Shown: positions 53,306 to 64,000 of the stretch, piece by piece
How the letters are laid out: each line of letters begins with the position of its first letter
Numbering within the stretch: the stretch's first letter is position 1
Assembly: GCA_963735595.1 (NCBI GenBank)
Contig: CAVTLK010000001.1
Span: 672,001 to 736,000 of the forward strand
DNA: 64,000 nucleotides
Direction of reading: 5' to 3'
Source of the DNA: an uncultured delta proteobacterium
GTDB taxonomy: Bacteria > Desulfobacterota > Zymogenia > Zymogenales > Zymogenaceae
Made by a program: the position numbers and the translations under genes
The notes under the pieces: model-generated
What the model was told of the DNA's origin: nothing
Seen by the model: the letters and a program-made list of their open reading frames with translations, nothing else
Databases searched by the model: none

Positions 53306-53393
53306 GGCGGCTCCTTATAATAAGTATAAATATGTAAAAAGGATACTACGGATCAGCGGCCCTGTCAATCCGTATATGCCCCCTCGATTCCAC

Positions 53394-53422
53394 AAAAAAA
53401 GGGGGAGCAGTTTGCTCCCCCT
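53394..53422 (-). terminator. Intrinsic terminator after the thiolase
   Basis: A7-GGGGGAGCA-GTT-TGCTCCCCC on the + strand. Confidence 0.8.
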
Positions 53423-53469
53423 GGGTACCCCTTTCAAATGCGGGGCGAGTTACTATTGACTCGTTTTGC

Positions 53470-54670
53470 TTACAGCCCTACGATGGATACCGAGCAAACG
53501 CTCATTGCCGGGAAACCACCGAGGTTATGCGTAAGCCCGAACTTCGGGTTCTTGATCTGGCGTTCGCCCGCCCTGCCGAGCAGCTGATTGTACATCTCGT
53601 AGAGCATGCGGATGCCGGAGGCGCCGATCGGGTGGCCGAAGCACTTGAGCCCGCCGTCCGGCTGACACGGGAGAGGCCCCTTGAGATCGTAGAATCCCGC
53701 GCTGATATCCTCGATGGACTTGCCGCGCGGCGATATCTGAAGATCCTCGTAGGTAGCCAGCTCCGTGATGGAGAAGCAGTCGTGCACCTCCATCATGCTG
53801 ATCTCATCGCGGGGTTTCTTGATTCCCGCCTCCGCGTAGGCCTTCTGCCCCGCGCGGAAGGTTGTCTCGACGTGTGCGCCGTCCCAGCTGTCGTACCACA
53901 TTTCCTCGCCTGAGGTCACCGCGATCTGCAGCGCCTTGACGAAAACGGGGTTTGTCTTGCCGAGCTTTTTGGCGATCTCGGGGGTGGCAACGATAGCGGC
54001 GGCCGATCCGTCCGAAACGCCGCAGCAGTCAAACAGGCCCAGCGGCCATGCAATGATCGGGGCGGCCATGATCTGATCCACGGTGACGGCCTTGCGCAGG
54101 TGGGCCTTCGGGTTGAGGGCGCCGTTTGCATGGCTCTTCGCGGAGATCTTGGCAAGGCCCATCTTCAGCTCTTCCGGCTTGACGCCGTACTTGGACATAT
54201 AGCCGGTAGCCATGAGGGCAAACGATCCCGGAGCCGTGGCGTTGGGCATGAAGAGCCGGTTGAAGGTGCCCATCGCGGTCCCGAAGTCCGGCAGGCCGCC
54301 GTACCCGGTGTCCTTTAGTTTCTCGGCGCCCTGCGCCAGCGCGATATCGCACGCGCCGGAGGCAACGGCGTAGACGGCGCCGCGGAAGGCCTCGGTGCCG
54401 CTGGCGCAGAAGTTCTCGACGCGGGTCGCGCCGATATAGGGGAGCTTAAGGGTCATCGGCAGCGCCAGGGCGCTCTTGCCGACGTTGACTTCGTCAAAGC
54501 AGGAGCCGAACCACGAGGCGTCGATTTCTTTCTTATCGATCCCCGCATCGGCCAACGCCTCGACTAAAGGCCTCAACCATCAGGTCCTCGGCGGACATGT
54601 CCCAGCGCTCGCCGAACCTGGTGCAGCCCATACCGATGATAGCGACTTTATCTCTGATCCCACTTGGCAT
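53470..54670 (-). CDS. Acetyl-CoA acetyltransferase (SCP2-type thiolase with catalytic Cys); frameshift near 54570
   Basis: MPSGIRDKVAIIGMG start, ENFCASG, EVHDCF, GHPIGASG and HNLGG. Confidence 0.93.
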
Positions 54671-54703
54671 CGTTTTTCTCCTTATAGTGAGGGTTCTCTG
54701 TTA

Positions 54704-56154
54704 TTACTTGACGGGTATGACTTTCCAGAAGTAGCCGTGAATGCCCCGCTTGTCATCATAATATTTTCTCCGGAAGGTGAGCTTCGCCTTCTGTCCCACG
54801 GAGATATCCTCCAGCTTGCAGTCGGTGAAGTCGGTCCAGAGCCGTCCCCCTCCCTTGAACCTGACTATACCGTAGACCTGGGGCGGATCGTAACAGAAAG
54901 AGAGCATGTCGCCGGTGTAGGAGAAAATCGTCGCCTCCTTATCGGAGAACCGATAGTCCACCATCTGGTCAATGGCGCCGCAGTCGGGATTTACGCACAC
55001 CCGCTGGGGCGGGAACTGGGGCGTCTTGCACTTGGTGCACTCGGTTCCGACCAACGAGAGCACGGCTTTACGCTTGCGCCACAGGGTCGAAAAGGCGGTA
55101 AACGCGCTGTCCTCGCCGCGGATACCCAGTTCCATGGGGATAATGTTGCGGAAGACCGCGTACTTCTCGTAGGGCGCCAGCTCCGCCTTGTTGGCGAGCG
55201 ACGCCTTGATGCCGCCGATGCCCGAAAGCTTCGTGATCTTGTCGGTCACTTCGAACAGGAGCGCGTCGCACCCCGTCCCGAAGCTTGCCATGACGATCTT
55301 GTCGCCGGGCTTGGCGTTCTGCAGGGCCGAAACCATCATAACGAGCGGATGGGCGGCGCCGGTGTCTCCGACGGTGGCGTGCATGTTGTCGTGAATCGCC
55401 TCGGGCTTGAAGCCGAGCTTCGTCCCGATGGTCTTGTGATCCCTTCCAAAGTAGCAGGGATAGACCACGTGGGCCACGTCCTCGGCCTTGACGCCGGTCT
55501 TCTTGAGGAGCCCGCCGATCGCCTCGGGGATGAACTTGGTGTACCCCTCGTCGCGGATCCAGCGCTCTTCCCACGTCCGGTCAAACGGCTTGCCGTCGCC
55601 CCGAAAGTGGTCAACGAAGTCGTACGAAACCGAGAACGATCCCTTGAACTCCGCAACGACGTTGTCTTTGCCGAGAACCAGGCATCCGGCCCCGTCACCG
55701 TAGAACTGCTCGACCATGCTGCCCATCTTGCCGATACGGAAATCAGCAGCCGTCACCATGATGTTTCCCGACCTCGCCGGCCTTGACCGCGTCAACGGCC
55801 GCTAGTCACCGCGGTTGTCCCGCTTTTGACCGATTCGGCGAAGTCCGCGACGCGTATGTCCGTCCTGAGATCCATGGCGGCGGCCGCAATCGCCGCGCAG
55901 GAGCTCTCTTTATACGGAAGCGTCGTAGAGGCGAGGTACACGCCGTCGACCTTTGAGCGATCGATGGCCGACAGCGCGTCGAGGCCCGCGGCCACCGCCA
56001 TCGTGAGGCTGTCCTCGTCGTAGTTGGCTACTGCTTTTTCACCCTGAGCGACGGCTATGGTCACCGGATTGAACCATCCCATCGCACCGAATATGTTAAA
56101 GCGATTGAGCCGGTACCGCGGGATGTACCCCCCAAATGATGTAATGCCTACCAT
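54704..56154 (-). CDS. HMG-CoA-synthase-fold protein fused to DUF35; frameshift near 55795
   Basis: GITSFGGYIPRYRL, DEDSLTMA, GDGAG, VGDTGAAH, then CTKCKTPQFPPQRVC..C and OB fold. Confidence 0.88.
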
Positions 56155-56541
56155 TTTAGCAATCTCCTCTTAATAAGTTGAACGCATATGTCAGGATCTT
56201 GAGTCGTACTTCTTCGACTGTGTCTGCCTTCAAGGGCCAAGATCGAGTTATTCCACGTAGATCTCCGTTACGATTCAAACCGACCCTTACTCACCGTCGA
56301 CTTCGCCCTGTTGAGCCATCCTCGGCAACATCATGCGGTGCATTTCGCACCGGCGCCCGAAGTTGTACAAAATACTGAATGACTCTCGACATTTTTTTAT
56401 TATAAAAAGGTTTTTTTGTCAAGCATTTTTACGAATTTAGTTTTGCCAATGATATTTATCACTTGACAAACGGACAAACGACTCACTATAATTGAGCCGT
56501 GCTCGGCAAGGAGACTTAGATTTTCTTATCAAGGCGTAATA

Positions 56542-57257
56542 ATGCCCGATAATACAAAGAAAATGAATGATGTTCAGAAGAACCTCTCACGCGTCGCCAA
56601 GGGGCTGAGGGCCAATCGGGACCCCGCCGACAAGCGGGAGCGGATTATCGCCGCCGCCGAGCGTATCTTCGCCCAAAAAGGATACTTCGAGACCACCGTC
56701 GCCGAGATCGCCCGTGACGCCCAGGTCGCCGAGGGAACCATCTACGAGTATTTCGCCAACAAGAAAGGACCTGTCTGTACGCCGTCCCGGAAAACTACCT
56801 GGCGGACTACGCCACCTTCGTGCTGGACCATCTGCAGGGCATCAAGGGGGCCCTCAATAAGCTCAGAAAGATTATCTGGTGTCACCTCTCATACTTTCGC
56901 AACCACAAGGATTTCACCAAGATTATGACCCTGGAGATCCGTATCGATCCGGATTACTACCGCAGCAAAACCTACGAAAACCTCAAGCTCTATTCCGACC
57001 TTATCATACAGATAATCACGGAAGGTATCAGGGACGGGGAGATCGGCCCCCAGGTTAATCCTCATATCATCAGGGACATGATCCTGGGCACGATCGAGCA
57101 CGTCTCGATCCCCTGGCTCGTTTTCGACCGCGAAATACCCATCGATAACGTCGTTGAGGACGTCTCCGCAGCTATCTTCATGGGGCTGGCGCCCAGGGAG
57201 AAGGTACTCAAGGTAAACCTCAACGGGTTACTCTCGGGCATCGACGGTAAGGAATAA
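56542..57257 (+). CDS. TetR/AcrR family regulator (FadR-like), frameshift near 56770
   Basis: IIAAAERIFAQKGYFETTVAEIARDAQVAEGTIYEYFANK; C-terminal GIRDGEI. Confidence 0.92.
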
Positions 57258-57295
57258 TAGAGGGTATATACCGACTTTTTTAACAGGAGGCCCTT

Positions 57296-57771
57296 ATGGC
57301 AGACAAATCGAAACTGGGGACGGAGTTTCCCCGCCTTCACCTATGAGGTGGAGAAGGGAAAGATCGCCGAGTTTGTCATGGCGATCTCGCAGAAGGAGAG
57401 CAAGGATCAGATCGACCAGATCTACGCAAGCAAAGATGTGGCCACGAAGGAAGGGTATGACGACATCGTCATATCTCCCACCTTCCAGACCTGCTTCGCA
57501 CTCTGGGGCGGCGGCGGTCTGATGCCGATGATCACCGGCCTGGGTATCAACCTCGGCAGGCTGTTGCACGGCGAGGAGGAGTACGAATACCTCAAGCCCA
57601 TCCATCCCGGCGATGTCATCACCTGCAAGACCAAGGTGGTTGACATGTACGAAAAGGAAAAGAAGAATAAGCCAGGCAGCTTCATGGAATTCACGGTTCT
57701 TGAGACGGAAATGAAAAACCAGAAGGGCGAGGTGGTTATCAAAGGCCGCTCGACCCTGGTCGGAACGGTAG
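57296..57771 (+). CDS. MaoC/FAS1-like dehydratase N-terminal-type hot-dog subunit (indels at both ends)
   Basis: AGGAGG RBS; VEKGKIAEF, SPTF and LLHGEEEYEYLKPIHPGD. Confidence 0.88.
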
Positions 57772-57780
57772 GAGGAAATC

Positions 57781-58236
57781 ATGACAAAGGAAGTCTACTA
57801 CAAAGACGTTAACGTCGGCACCGAAATGCCCTCCTTCACCTCTGATCCCATCACCAGGACCCACCTGGTTCGGTACGCCGGCGCTTCGGGTGATTTCAAC
57901 CCGCTGCACCACGATAATACCTTCACGGCCCTCTTCGGCCTTCCCAACGTTATCGCCCACGGAATGCTGATCATGGGGATCACCGGCCGGGCAATCACCG
58001 ACTGGATTCCGCAGAAGCATCTGAAGAAATACAAGGTACGCTTCTCCGGCATGACCGACCCGATGGACCTCAACGACGCGGCCAACACCACCAAGCGCGC
58101 CACCATCACCGTAAAGGGCAAGGTCGTCAAGAAGTGGGAGGAAGGCAAAGACAAGCTCATCGAATGCGAGATCGAATCGGCCGACGGCAACGGCACCGTC
58201 AAGCTGACCGGCTCGTTCGTGGCCGCCCTCCCGTAA
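57781..58236 (+). CDS. MaoC family (R)-enoyl-CoA hydratase catalytic subunit
   Basis: YAGASGDFNPLHHD and IAHGM. Confidence 0.93.
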   Translation: MTKEVYYKDVNVGTEMPSFTSDPITRTHLVRYAGASGDFNPLHHDNTFTALFGLPNVIAHGMLIMGITGRAITDWIPQKHLKKYKVRFSGMTDPMDLNDAANTTKRATITVKGKVVKKWEEGKDKLIECEIESADGNGTVKLTGSFVAALP

Positions 58237-58316
58237 GGGAGAAAGAGCGCTGATCCCGCGTTCGCATCGTATTTCGCTATCATCGAAACCGTATATCTTA
58301 TTAAAAGGAGCTGAAC

Positions 58317-59228
58317 ATGGCTGATATCAATTTCAAAGGCAGGGTGGCCATCGTGACGGGCGCCGGCGCCGGCCTCGGCAAGACGTATGCCCTGGAGCTG
58401 GCCAAGCGCGGCTGTAAGGTCGTGGTCAACGACCTGGGCGGCGCCCGGGACGGCTCGGGCGCGAGCCAGGGCCCGGCGCAGGACGTCGTCGACGAGATCA
58501 AGAAGGCGGGCGGAGAAGCGGCCCCCAATTACGACAACGTCGCCACCATCGAGGGCGGCCAGGGCATCGTTAAGACGGCCGTCGACGCGTTCGGCAAGGT
58601 CGACATCGTCATCAACAACGCGGGCATCCTGCGCGACAAGAGCTTCCTCAAGATGGAGCCCGAGATCTGGGATCTGGTTATTGCCGTTCACCTGCGCGGC
58701 GCCTACTGCGTCACGCAGCCGGCGTTTGCCATTATGAAAGAGCAGAACTACGGCCGCGTGGTGCTGACCACCTCCGGCGCAGGGCTCTACGGCAACTTCG
58801 GCCAGACCAACTACGCCGCCGCCAAGATGGGCCTCATCGGCCTGATGAACGCCCTTAAGATCGAGGGCGCCAAGTACAACGTCAAGATCAATACGATCGC
58901 CCCGGTCGCGGCTTCCCGCCTCACCGAGGACGTTATGCCCCCCGAGTTCTTCGCCAAACTGAAACCCGAATTCATCACCCCGCTGGTTGCCTACCTCGCC
59001 TCCGAGGAGAACCAGGATTCCGGTTATATCTTCAACTGCGGGATGGGCTGGTACAGCCGGTCGGCAATCGTCATGGGCAACGGCGCCCTTATCGGCGACG
59101 GTAACCGCGACATCAATGCCGAAGAGATCAGGGACGCCTGGAAAAAGATCACGGATCTTTCCGGCGCCAAAGAGGTTGGAAGCGTTCAGGAGACGTTCGG
59201 AGCAATGCTTCCGCTCATCCAGAAATAA
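58317..59228 (+). CDS. SDR, MFE-2-like (R)-3-hydroxyacyl-CoA dehydrogenase
   Basis: TGAGAGLG, VVVNDLGG, NNAGILRD and GNFGQTNYAAAK. Confidence 0.93.
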   Translation: MADINFKGRVAIVTGAGAGLGKTYALELAKRGCKVVVNDLGGARDGSGASQGPAQDVVDEIKKAGGEAAPNYDNVATIEGGQGIVKTAVDAFGKVDIVINNAGILRDKSFLKMEPEIWDLVIAVHLRGAYCVTQPAFAIMKEQNYGRVVLTTSGAGLYGNFGQTNYAAAKMGLIGLMNALKIEGAKYNVKINTIAPVAASRLTEDVMPPEFFAKLKPEFITPLVAYLASEENQDSGYIFNCGMGWYSRSAIVMGNGALIGDGNRDINAEEIRDAWKKITDLSGAKEVGSVQETFGAMLPLIQK

Positions 59229-59289
59229 CGTACGTTCTCTTATATGGGGCGGGGCAATGCCCCGCCCCTCTTTTCTATACTACTCTGCT

Positions 59290-59931
59290 ATGATAATCGG
59301 AATTATCGCCGACATTCACGGAAATCTTCCGGCTCTCACCGCGACCCTCGCGGAGATGCCCGAAACCGACTCCATCCTCCTGGCCGGTGATATCGCCGGC
59401 CGCGCCCATGAGCTCGTGGAGATCCTGTCCATTATCGACGAGCGGCGCATCATCTTCGTCCAGGGCAACCATGAGGAGGCGGCCGTCAACTATTTTTCGC
59501 TGTTCGGCGGGGACCATGCCCTTTCCGCGGCAATCTCCCGGATCAGACAGACACCCCACCGGCTCGAGCTGATTCTCGACGGCAAGAAGGTCCTGCTGGC
59601 ACACGGCAGCCCGGATAACCCGAAGAATGAATACATCTATCCCGAGTACACCGGCTTTTCCGCCTTTGCCGGCCTCGGCTTTGACTACATTATACTCGGC
59701 CACACCCACGTGCCGATGGTCGTTAAATCCGGTCACGTCATGATCATCAATCCCGGCTCAATCGGTGAGCCCGAGGCGCATAATCCCCGCCCAAGTTACT
59801 GCCTGTTGGATACCCGGACGGGCCGGGCCGAAATACGATATATCACGACGTACGTCGAGAAGAAGCGGCTGAAGCATATCACCCCCTTCCGCTGGAGCCG
59901 CTACACCCTCGGGGCAGCACGTCAGGCATAA
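59290..59931 (+). CDS. Metallophosphoesterase (YfcE-like)
   Basis: ADIHGN, AGD, GNHE, HGSP, GHTH and NPGSIG. Confidence 0.92.
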   Translation: MIIGIIADIHGNLPALTATLAEMPETDSILLAGDIAGRAHELVEILSIIDERRIIFVQGNHEEAAVNYFSLFGGDHALSAAISRIRQTPHRLELILDGKKVLLAHGSPDNPKNEYIYPEYTGFSAFAGLGFDYIILGHTHVPMVVKSGHVMIINPGSIGEPEAHNPRPSYCLLDTRTGRAEIRYITTYVEKKRLKHITPFRWSRYTLGAARQA

Positions 59932-59995
59932 TATGTAAATTATAAGGGAAGCAAATTCAACTACCCATGGCATACACGAGACAGGAGGAGCTATC

Positions 59996-61148
59996 ATGTC
60001 ACTTTTGGAACAAATCTACACCGAAGACCATCGCATTTTCAGGGATGCGCTCAGAAAGTACCTCGAGGCCAATGTCACCCCCCATGCCGACGAGTGGGAG
60101 AAAGCTGGCATCACGCCCAAGCAGGCCTGGAAGGATTTCGGCGCCCAGGGGTTCCTCTGTCCCTGGCTCCCGGAAGAATACGGGGGATCGGGGGTCGGCT
60201 TTGAATACGCCGTAATCATCCTCGAGGAGATTTCGAAGACCAAGCAGTCCGGCCTGGCGGTCTCGCTGCATAGCGACGTCGTCGTCCCCTACATCGCTTC
60301 GTTCGGCAACGCCGAACAGAAGTCGCGCTGGCTGCCCGGCTGCGCCAGCGGCGACATCATCTCGGCGGTCGCCATGACCGAGCCCAACGCGGGGTCGGAC
60401 CTGGCCGCCCTGAGGACGACCGCCGTCAAGGACGGCAACGACTACATCCTCAACGGCCAGAAGACCTTTATCAGCAACGGCATCAACTGCGACATCTGCG
60501 TCACCGCCGTCAAGACCGATCCCAAGGCCAACCCGCCGTACGCCGGGATCTCGCTGATCGTCGTCGAGGACGGCACGCAAGGGCTTCATCAAGGGCCAGA
60601 GGTTCGACAAGATCGGCATGAAGAGCCAGGACACCTCGGAGCTCTTCTTTGACGACTGCCGCGTGCCGAAAGAAAACCTCCTCGGAGATGAGGGCGCCGG
60701 CTTCAAGTTCCTCATGCAGAAGCTACAGCAGGAGCGGCTCGTAGCATCGTGGGGCTCCCAGGTGCTGGCCGAGATCGCGCTTGACGTGACCATCGAGTTC
60801 TGCAAGAGCCGCGAGGCCTTTGGCAGGCCGATCTCCCGCTTCCAGTACAACTCGTTCAAGCTGGCCGAGATGGCCACCGAGATCGAGCTGGGCCGGACCT
60901 TCCTCGAGGCCTTGACGCTTGACCACATCGCGGGCAAGGACGTCGTCAAAAAGACCTCGATGGCGAAGTACTGGGTCTGCGAGATGGCAAACCGGGTCGC
61001 CCAGCAGTGCCTCCAGATGCACGGGGGCTACGGCTACATGGAGGAGTACCTCATCGCCCGGCTGTTCAGGGACGTGAGGATTCACACGATTTTCGCCGGC
61101 ACCTCCGAGATCATGAAGCTCATCGTCTCCCGGATGATGGGCCTGTAG
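59996..61148 (+). CDS. Acyl-CoA dehydrogenase (long-chain type), frameshift near 60580
   Basis: AMTEPNAGSD, NGQKTFISNG, QERL, QMHGGYGYMEEY and AGTSEIMK. Confidence 0.95.
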
Positions 61149-61185
61149 GAGACGCCGGAACGACGATCCCGATTAGAACGAACTC

Positions 61186-61214
61186 AAAGGGGGCTTTTTT
61201 GCCCCCTTTTTATT
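61186..61214 (+). terminator. Intrinsic terminator after the acyl-CoA dehydrogenase
   Basis: AAAGGGGGC-TTTTTT-GCCCCCTTT followed by TTATTT. Confidence 0.8.
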
Positions 61215-61314
61215 TATCCGTATCGTTGACGGCCTTCGAGGACCGCTCGGTAACCGTTGTTCAGTGCGAACCAGACAGGTATCGTGTTCCTCATGCCCCC
61301 TACGTCACTTCGCG

Positions 61315-61491
61315 GTCATCGCGAGGGGCCGATAGGCCCCGTGGCCGATACCCCGGGGCGACGATATTGCCATTGCGAGGCTGCGACGCGGCAACCTGAC
61401 TGTCACCGGGACCTCCGGGTGAACAGCGAAGTGCCGCGCTCGATGACAGTGAGGGGATTGCCGCGTCGGGCTACGCCCTTCTCGCAATGAC
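61315..61491. repeat. GTCATTGCGAG...CTCGCAATGAC-type palindromic element (one full copy plus an extra 5' half)
   Basis: CATTGCGAG/CTCGCAATG, CGACGCGGCAA/TTGCCGCGTCG and ACTGTCA/TGACAGT nested stems at 61369-61491; partial GTCATCGCGAG-GGGCC-GATA-GGCCC at 61315. Confidence 0.75.
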
Positions 61492-61552
61492 GGTTAAGTG
61501 GCGTATAAGAAGAACGCACGTTCCCCACACTGGCGGCCGACGAAAAGCGAAC

Positions 61553-61578
61553 GGGGCGGCTCACGAGCCGCCCCTGCA
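61553..61578. repeat. REP-like short palindrome
   Basis: GGGGCGGCT-CACG-AGCCGCCCC followed by TGCA, resembling the CTAC/GTAG end of REPs. Confidence 0.5.
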
Positions 61579-61662
61579 GAATTAAGGGGACACCATACTT
61601 AATTCATTCTACTCCTCGATTGAACAAAGAAACCGGAATTAAGTATGGTGTCCCCTTAATTC
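61579..61662. repeat. Perfect 27-bp inverted repeat with a 30-nt spacer (MITE-like)
   Basis: GAATTAAGGGGACACCATACTTAATTC (61579-61605) and its exact reverse complement (61636-61662). Confidence 0.9.
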
Positions 61663-61678
61663 CCGTAGAACTGCCATT

Positions 61679-62501
61679 TTACTCATCCTCGAACTCCGGC
61701 TCCCGTTTCCCTAGGAAGGCCCCGATCCCCTCGACGCACTCTCCGGTCTCGATCAGGTCGACGGCCCGCTCGCTCTCGAACGCAAGCGCCTCGTCGATCG
61801 GCATATCCGGCGTTTTTCGTGATGACCGAAAGCGCTTGGCGCACGGCCTTCGGGCCGTTTTTCGCGATCGCCCCGGCTATCTCAATCGCCAGATGCGCCG
61901 CGGTTCCCTTTTCGCTCACCCGGTTGACGAGGCCGATCGAAAATGCCTCCTGGGCCCCGACCTTTTTGCCGGTGAGGATCAGCTCCGCCGCCCGGGCCGT
62001 TCCGACCAGCCGCGCCAGCGCAACCCCGCCTCCCCAGTCGGGCATCAGCCCCAGCCGCACCTCCGAAAACGAGATCACGGCGTCGGGGTCGATCACCCGC
62101 ATGTCGCACCGGACGGCAAGCTCCGCCCCCCCGCCGTAGGCAAGGCCGTTGACGCCCGCGATGACCGGGACCGGCAACATAACGAATCGGTCCACCGCCG
62201 CCCGGATGCGCCCGATCAGATCCTCGATGGGCTTTCGGTTCTTCTCGTTGAGCGCGGTGATCAGCCGGGCGACCTGCGGATTGTCGGGGCTCACGTCAAA
62301 CCCCGCACAAAACGCCCTGTCTCCCGCCCCGGTGACAACGACCGCCCGTGGCAGCCGCTCCCTGAGAGTTGCGGCGGCAGATTCAATCGCGGCCCACATC
62401 ACCTCGTCAAACGCGTTACGCTTGTCGGGACGGTCCAGAGTCACCAGGGCGATGTGCCCCTTCGGTCCGATATACTCAACGCGGATACCGTAGTCGGACA
62501 T
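61679..62501 (-). CDS. Enoyl-CoA hydratase/isomerase family protein (frameshift near 61815)
   Basis: DRPDKRNA, AFCAGFD, GGGAELAVRCD, SEVRLGLMPDWGG; C-terminus EGIGAFLGKREPEF in another frame. Confidence 0.92.
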
Positions 62502-62533
62502 TATGGTATACCCCTATTGCATTTATTACGGGA

Positions 62534-63303
62534 TTACAGGCTGTCGAAGAACTCGATAATGGTGCGGGCCACCTCGTCCTTTTCCACGTCCCACGTCAGG
62601 ATATGGTAGGACTCGGTAAACCAGACCAGCCGCTTGTTCGCCGATGACACGCCGTTGATGATGATCTCGGGGTTGTCGGCCGGTATAACGTGGTCGTTCC
62701 TCGACTGCATCACGACCAGCGGCGCCGTCACGCGCCCGAGCCTTTTTTGCGTTATCCCCATGAACCGGATGAACTGGAGGCCCGCCCGAACCGGCCCGTG
62801 GGTATAGGTGACGAGCTTTGCCTTCATCTGTTGGTCACGGATATCCGGCCCGCTCTTTTCCGGGCGGCCGGGAGCAGCCGCAAACCGGGGACCAGTGAAA
62901 GGAGGGCGAAGCTCTTGCGGATCAGCGGGCTGTGAAACCTGACCGGGACCGACAGCACTGCGGAGCCCGCCGCGTTGACCCCCTCGGAAAGAAGATAGAG
63001 CGCCAGCGTCCCCCCTGCGCTCATTCCCACAATAAAGACCTTGGGATAGACCGCGGCCAGCGACCGAAAAGACGAGGCGACCTCCCGGTACCAGTCGATC
63101 CAGCCCGTGCGGTCGAGATCGCCAACGCTCGTCCCGTGGCCGGGCAGCCGCGGGGCCATAACCGTGTAGCCCGCCTCGTTAAGCTTCGTGCCGATATAGC
63201 GCATCTCGAATGGTGAGGCGGTAAAGCCGTGGATCAGGAGGCAGGCCCGCATTCCCCCATCGAGGAAGAAGGGCTCGGCCCCCGGCATTATCGGTTCGGT
63301 CAT
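62534..63303 (-). CDS. Alpha/beta-hydrolase carboxylesterase/monoacylglycerol lipase (frameshifted)
   Basis: IHGFTASP, LPGHG, GMSAGG nucleophile elbow, NDHVI and SYHILT. Confidence 0.9.
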
Positions 63304-63313
63304 GAACTGCCCC

Positions 63314-64000
63314 TCAGCGTATTTCCTGGGGAACCCGGCAGACGGCGCCGGATTCGTCGGTTAGTATCTGGATGGTTGACTCAATGACGCGGTATCTATC
63401 AAACAGGTGTTTTGATATTCGCGGCATCAGGGACATCGGGTTTTTTACCCCGTCGTTAAACCCGATATGGGCCGAGAAAACCAGCATATCCGGGGTAATG
63501 GCCCAGAGGTGCGCCGAGAATACGCCGGAGATCTCGGGAAAACAGCTCATGAGATCGGTGGCGATGGTATCGCTGTCAAACCCGTTGCCGCCCGGCGCCA
63601 TCTCCATGAGGATCATCCCGGATTCCCTGAGCACCCCCCATGCCCAGTACAGGATGACGATGGAGATCCCGATACTCACGATCGGGTCCACGATGGTCCA
63701 GCCGAAATAGTAGATAACCACCGCCGCGCCGACCACCACCACCGACGAGGCGGCGTCGGCCAGCAGGTGATAGAAGACGCTTTTTACGTTCAGATCATGT
63801 TTATGGCTGCCGCTGAGGATAAAAATGCTGGCGACGTTGGCGATAAGGCCGATTATCGCAACCACGAACATCTCGAGGCCGAGCACCTCCCGAGGGGATA
63901 TGATCCGCGCTGCCGCCTCGTAAATAATCACTGCCGAGACAAGCACCAGAAAGATGCCGTTGACAAACGAGGCCAGTATCTCGGCCCGGTAGAGCCCGAA
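63314..64000 (-). CDS. Cation diffusion facilitator (CzcD-like), 5' end outside the window
   Basis: FGLYRAEILASFVNG, NVKSVFYHLLAD, DPIVS, HLWAIT and STIQ. Confidence 0.92.
   Translation of the reverse strand, partial: FGLYRAEILASFVNGIFLVLVSAVIIYEAAARIISPREVLGLEMFVVAIIGLIANVASIFILSGSHKHDLNVKSVFYHLLADAASSVVVVGAAVVIYYFGWTIVDPIVSIGISIVILYWAWGVLRESGMILMEMAPGGNGFDSDTIATDLMSCFPEISGVFSAHLWAITPDMLVFSAHIGFNDGVKNPMSLMPRISKHLFDRYRVIESTIQILTDESGAVCRVPQEIR

Noticed and set aside
56376..56490. TGAATGACTC / AACGACTCACT as FadR-like TetR operators
   Set aside because: Only half-site similarity and no convincing palindrome.

Overview
A roughly 59% GC (estimated by eye) bacterial chromosome segment, probably from an anaerobic Desulfobacterota-like organism (inferred from gene content and order). 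Many single-base indels break reading frames, including in essential genes (dnaE, accA), so these are most likely assembly errors. Layout: (1) 1-13.5 kb, minus strand: a selenocysteine-containing, Tat-exported FdnGHI-type formate dehydrogenase operon with fdhE, followed by a group 1 membrane-bound [NiFe]-hydrogenase operon (small, large, cytochrome b, protease, hypA, hypC, hypD, hypF). Each operon starts at a near-consensus sigma70 promoter immediately followed by a Moco/Wco-riboswitch-type aptamer. The aptamer before the pterin-free hydrogenase looks canonical; the one before FDH is a compact variant wired to an overlapping intrinsic terminator (predicted ON switch). This paired riboswitch control of H2 versus formate enzymes is the best candidate for an undescribed system. 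(2) 13.5-42.7 kb: housekeeping genes (miaA, mutL, ABC exporter, cysE, accA, dnaE, guaAB, ppx, nfo, sppA, rpsA, cmk, aroA, aroF, hisC, pheA). Three copies of an octamer-built inverted-repeat element interrupt the aro operon; one encloses a GxxExxY nuclease gene. (3) 42.8-53.3 kb: accessory genes, including a secreted 7x23-aa tandem-repeat protein, a sigma54-driven stand-alone GAF protein, an Ltp3/Ltp4-like Cys-less thiolase-fold pair flanked by DUF35 genes, and a 3D-domain protein. (4) 53.4-64 kb: a TetR-associated acyl-CoA degradation cluster, a pile-up of three different palindromic elements at 61.3-61.7 kb, an esterase and a CDF transporter. No rRNA, tRNA or CRISPR array was seen.
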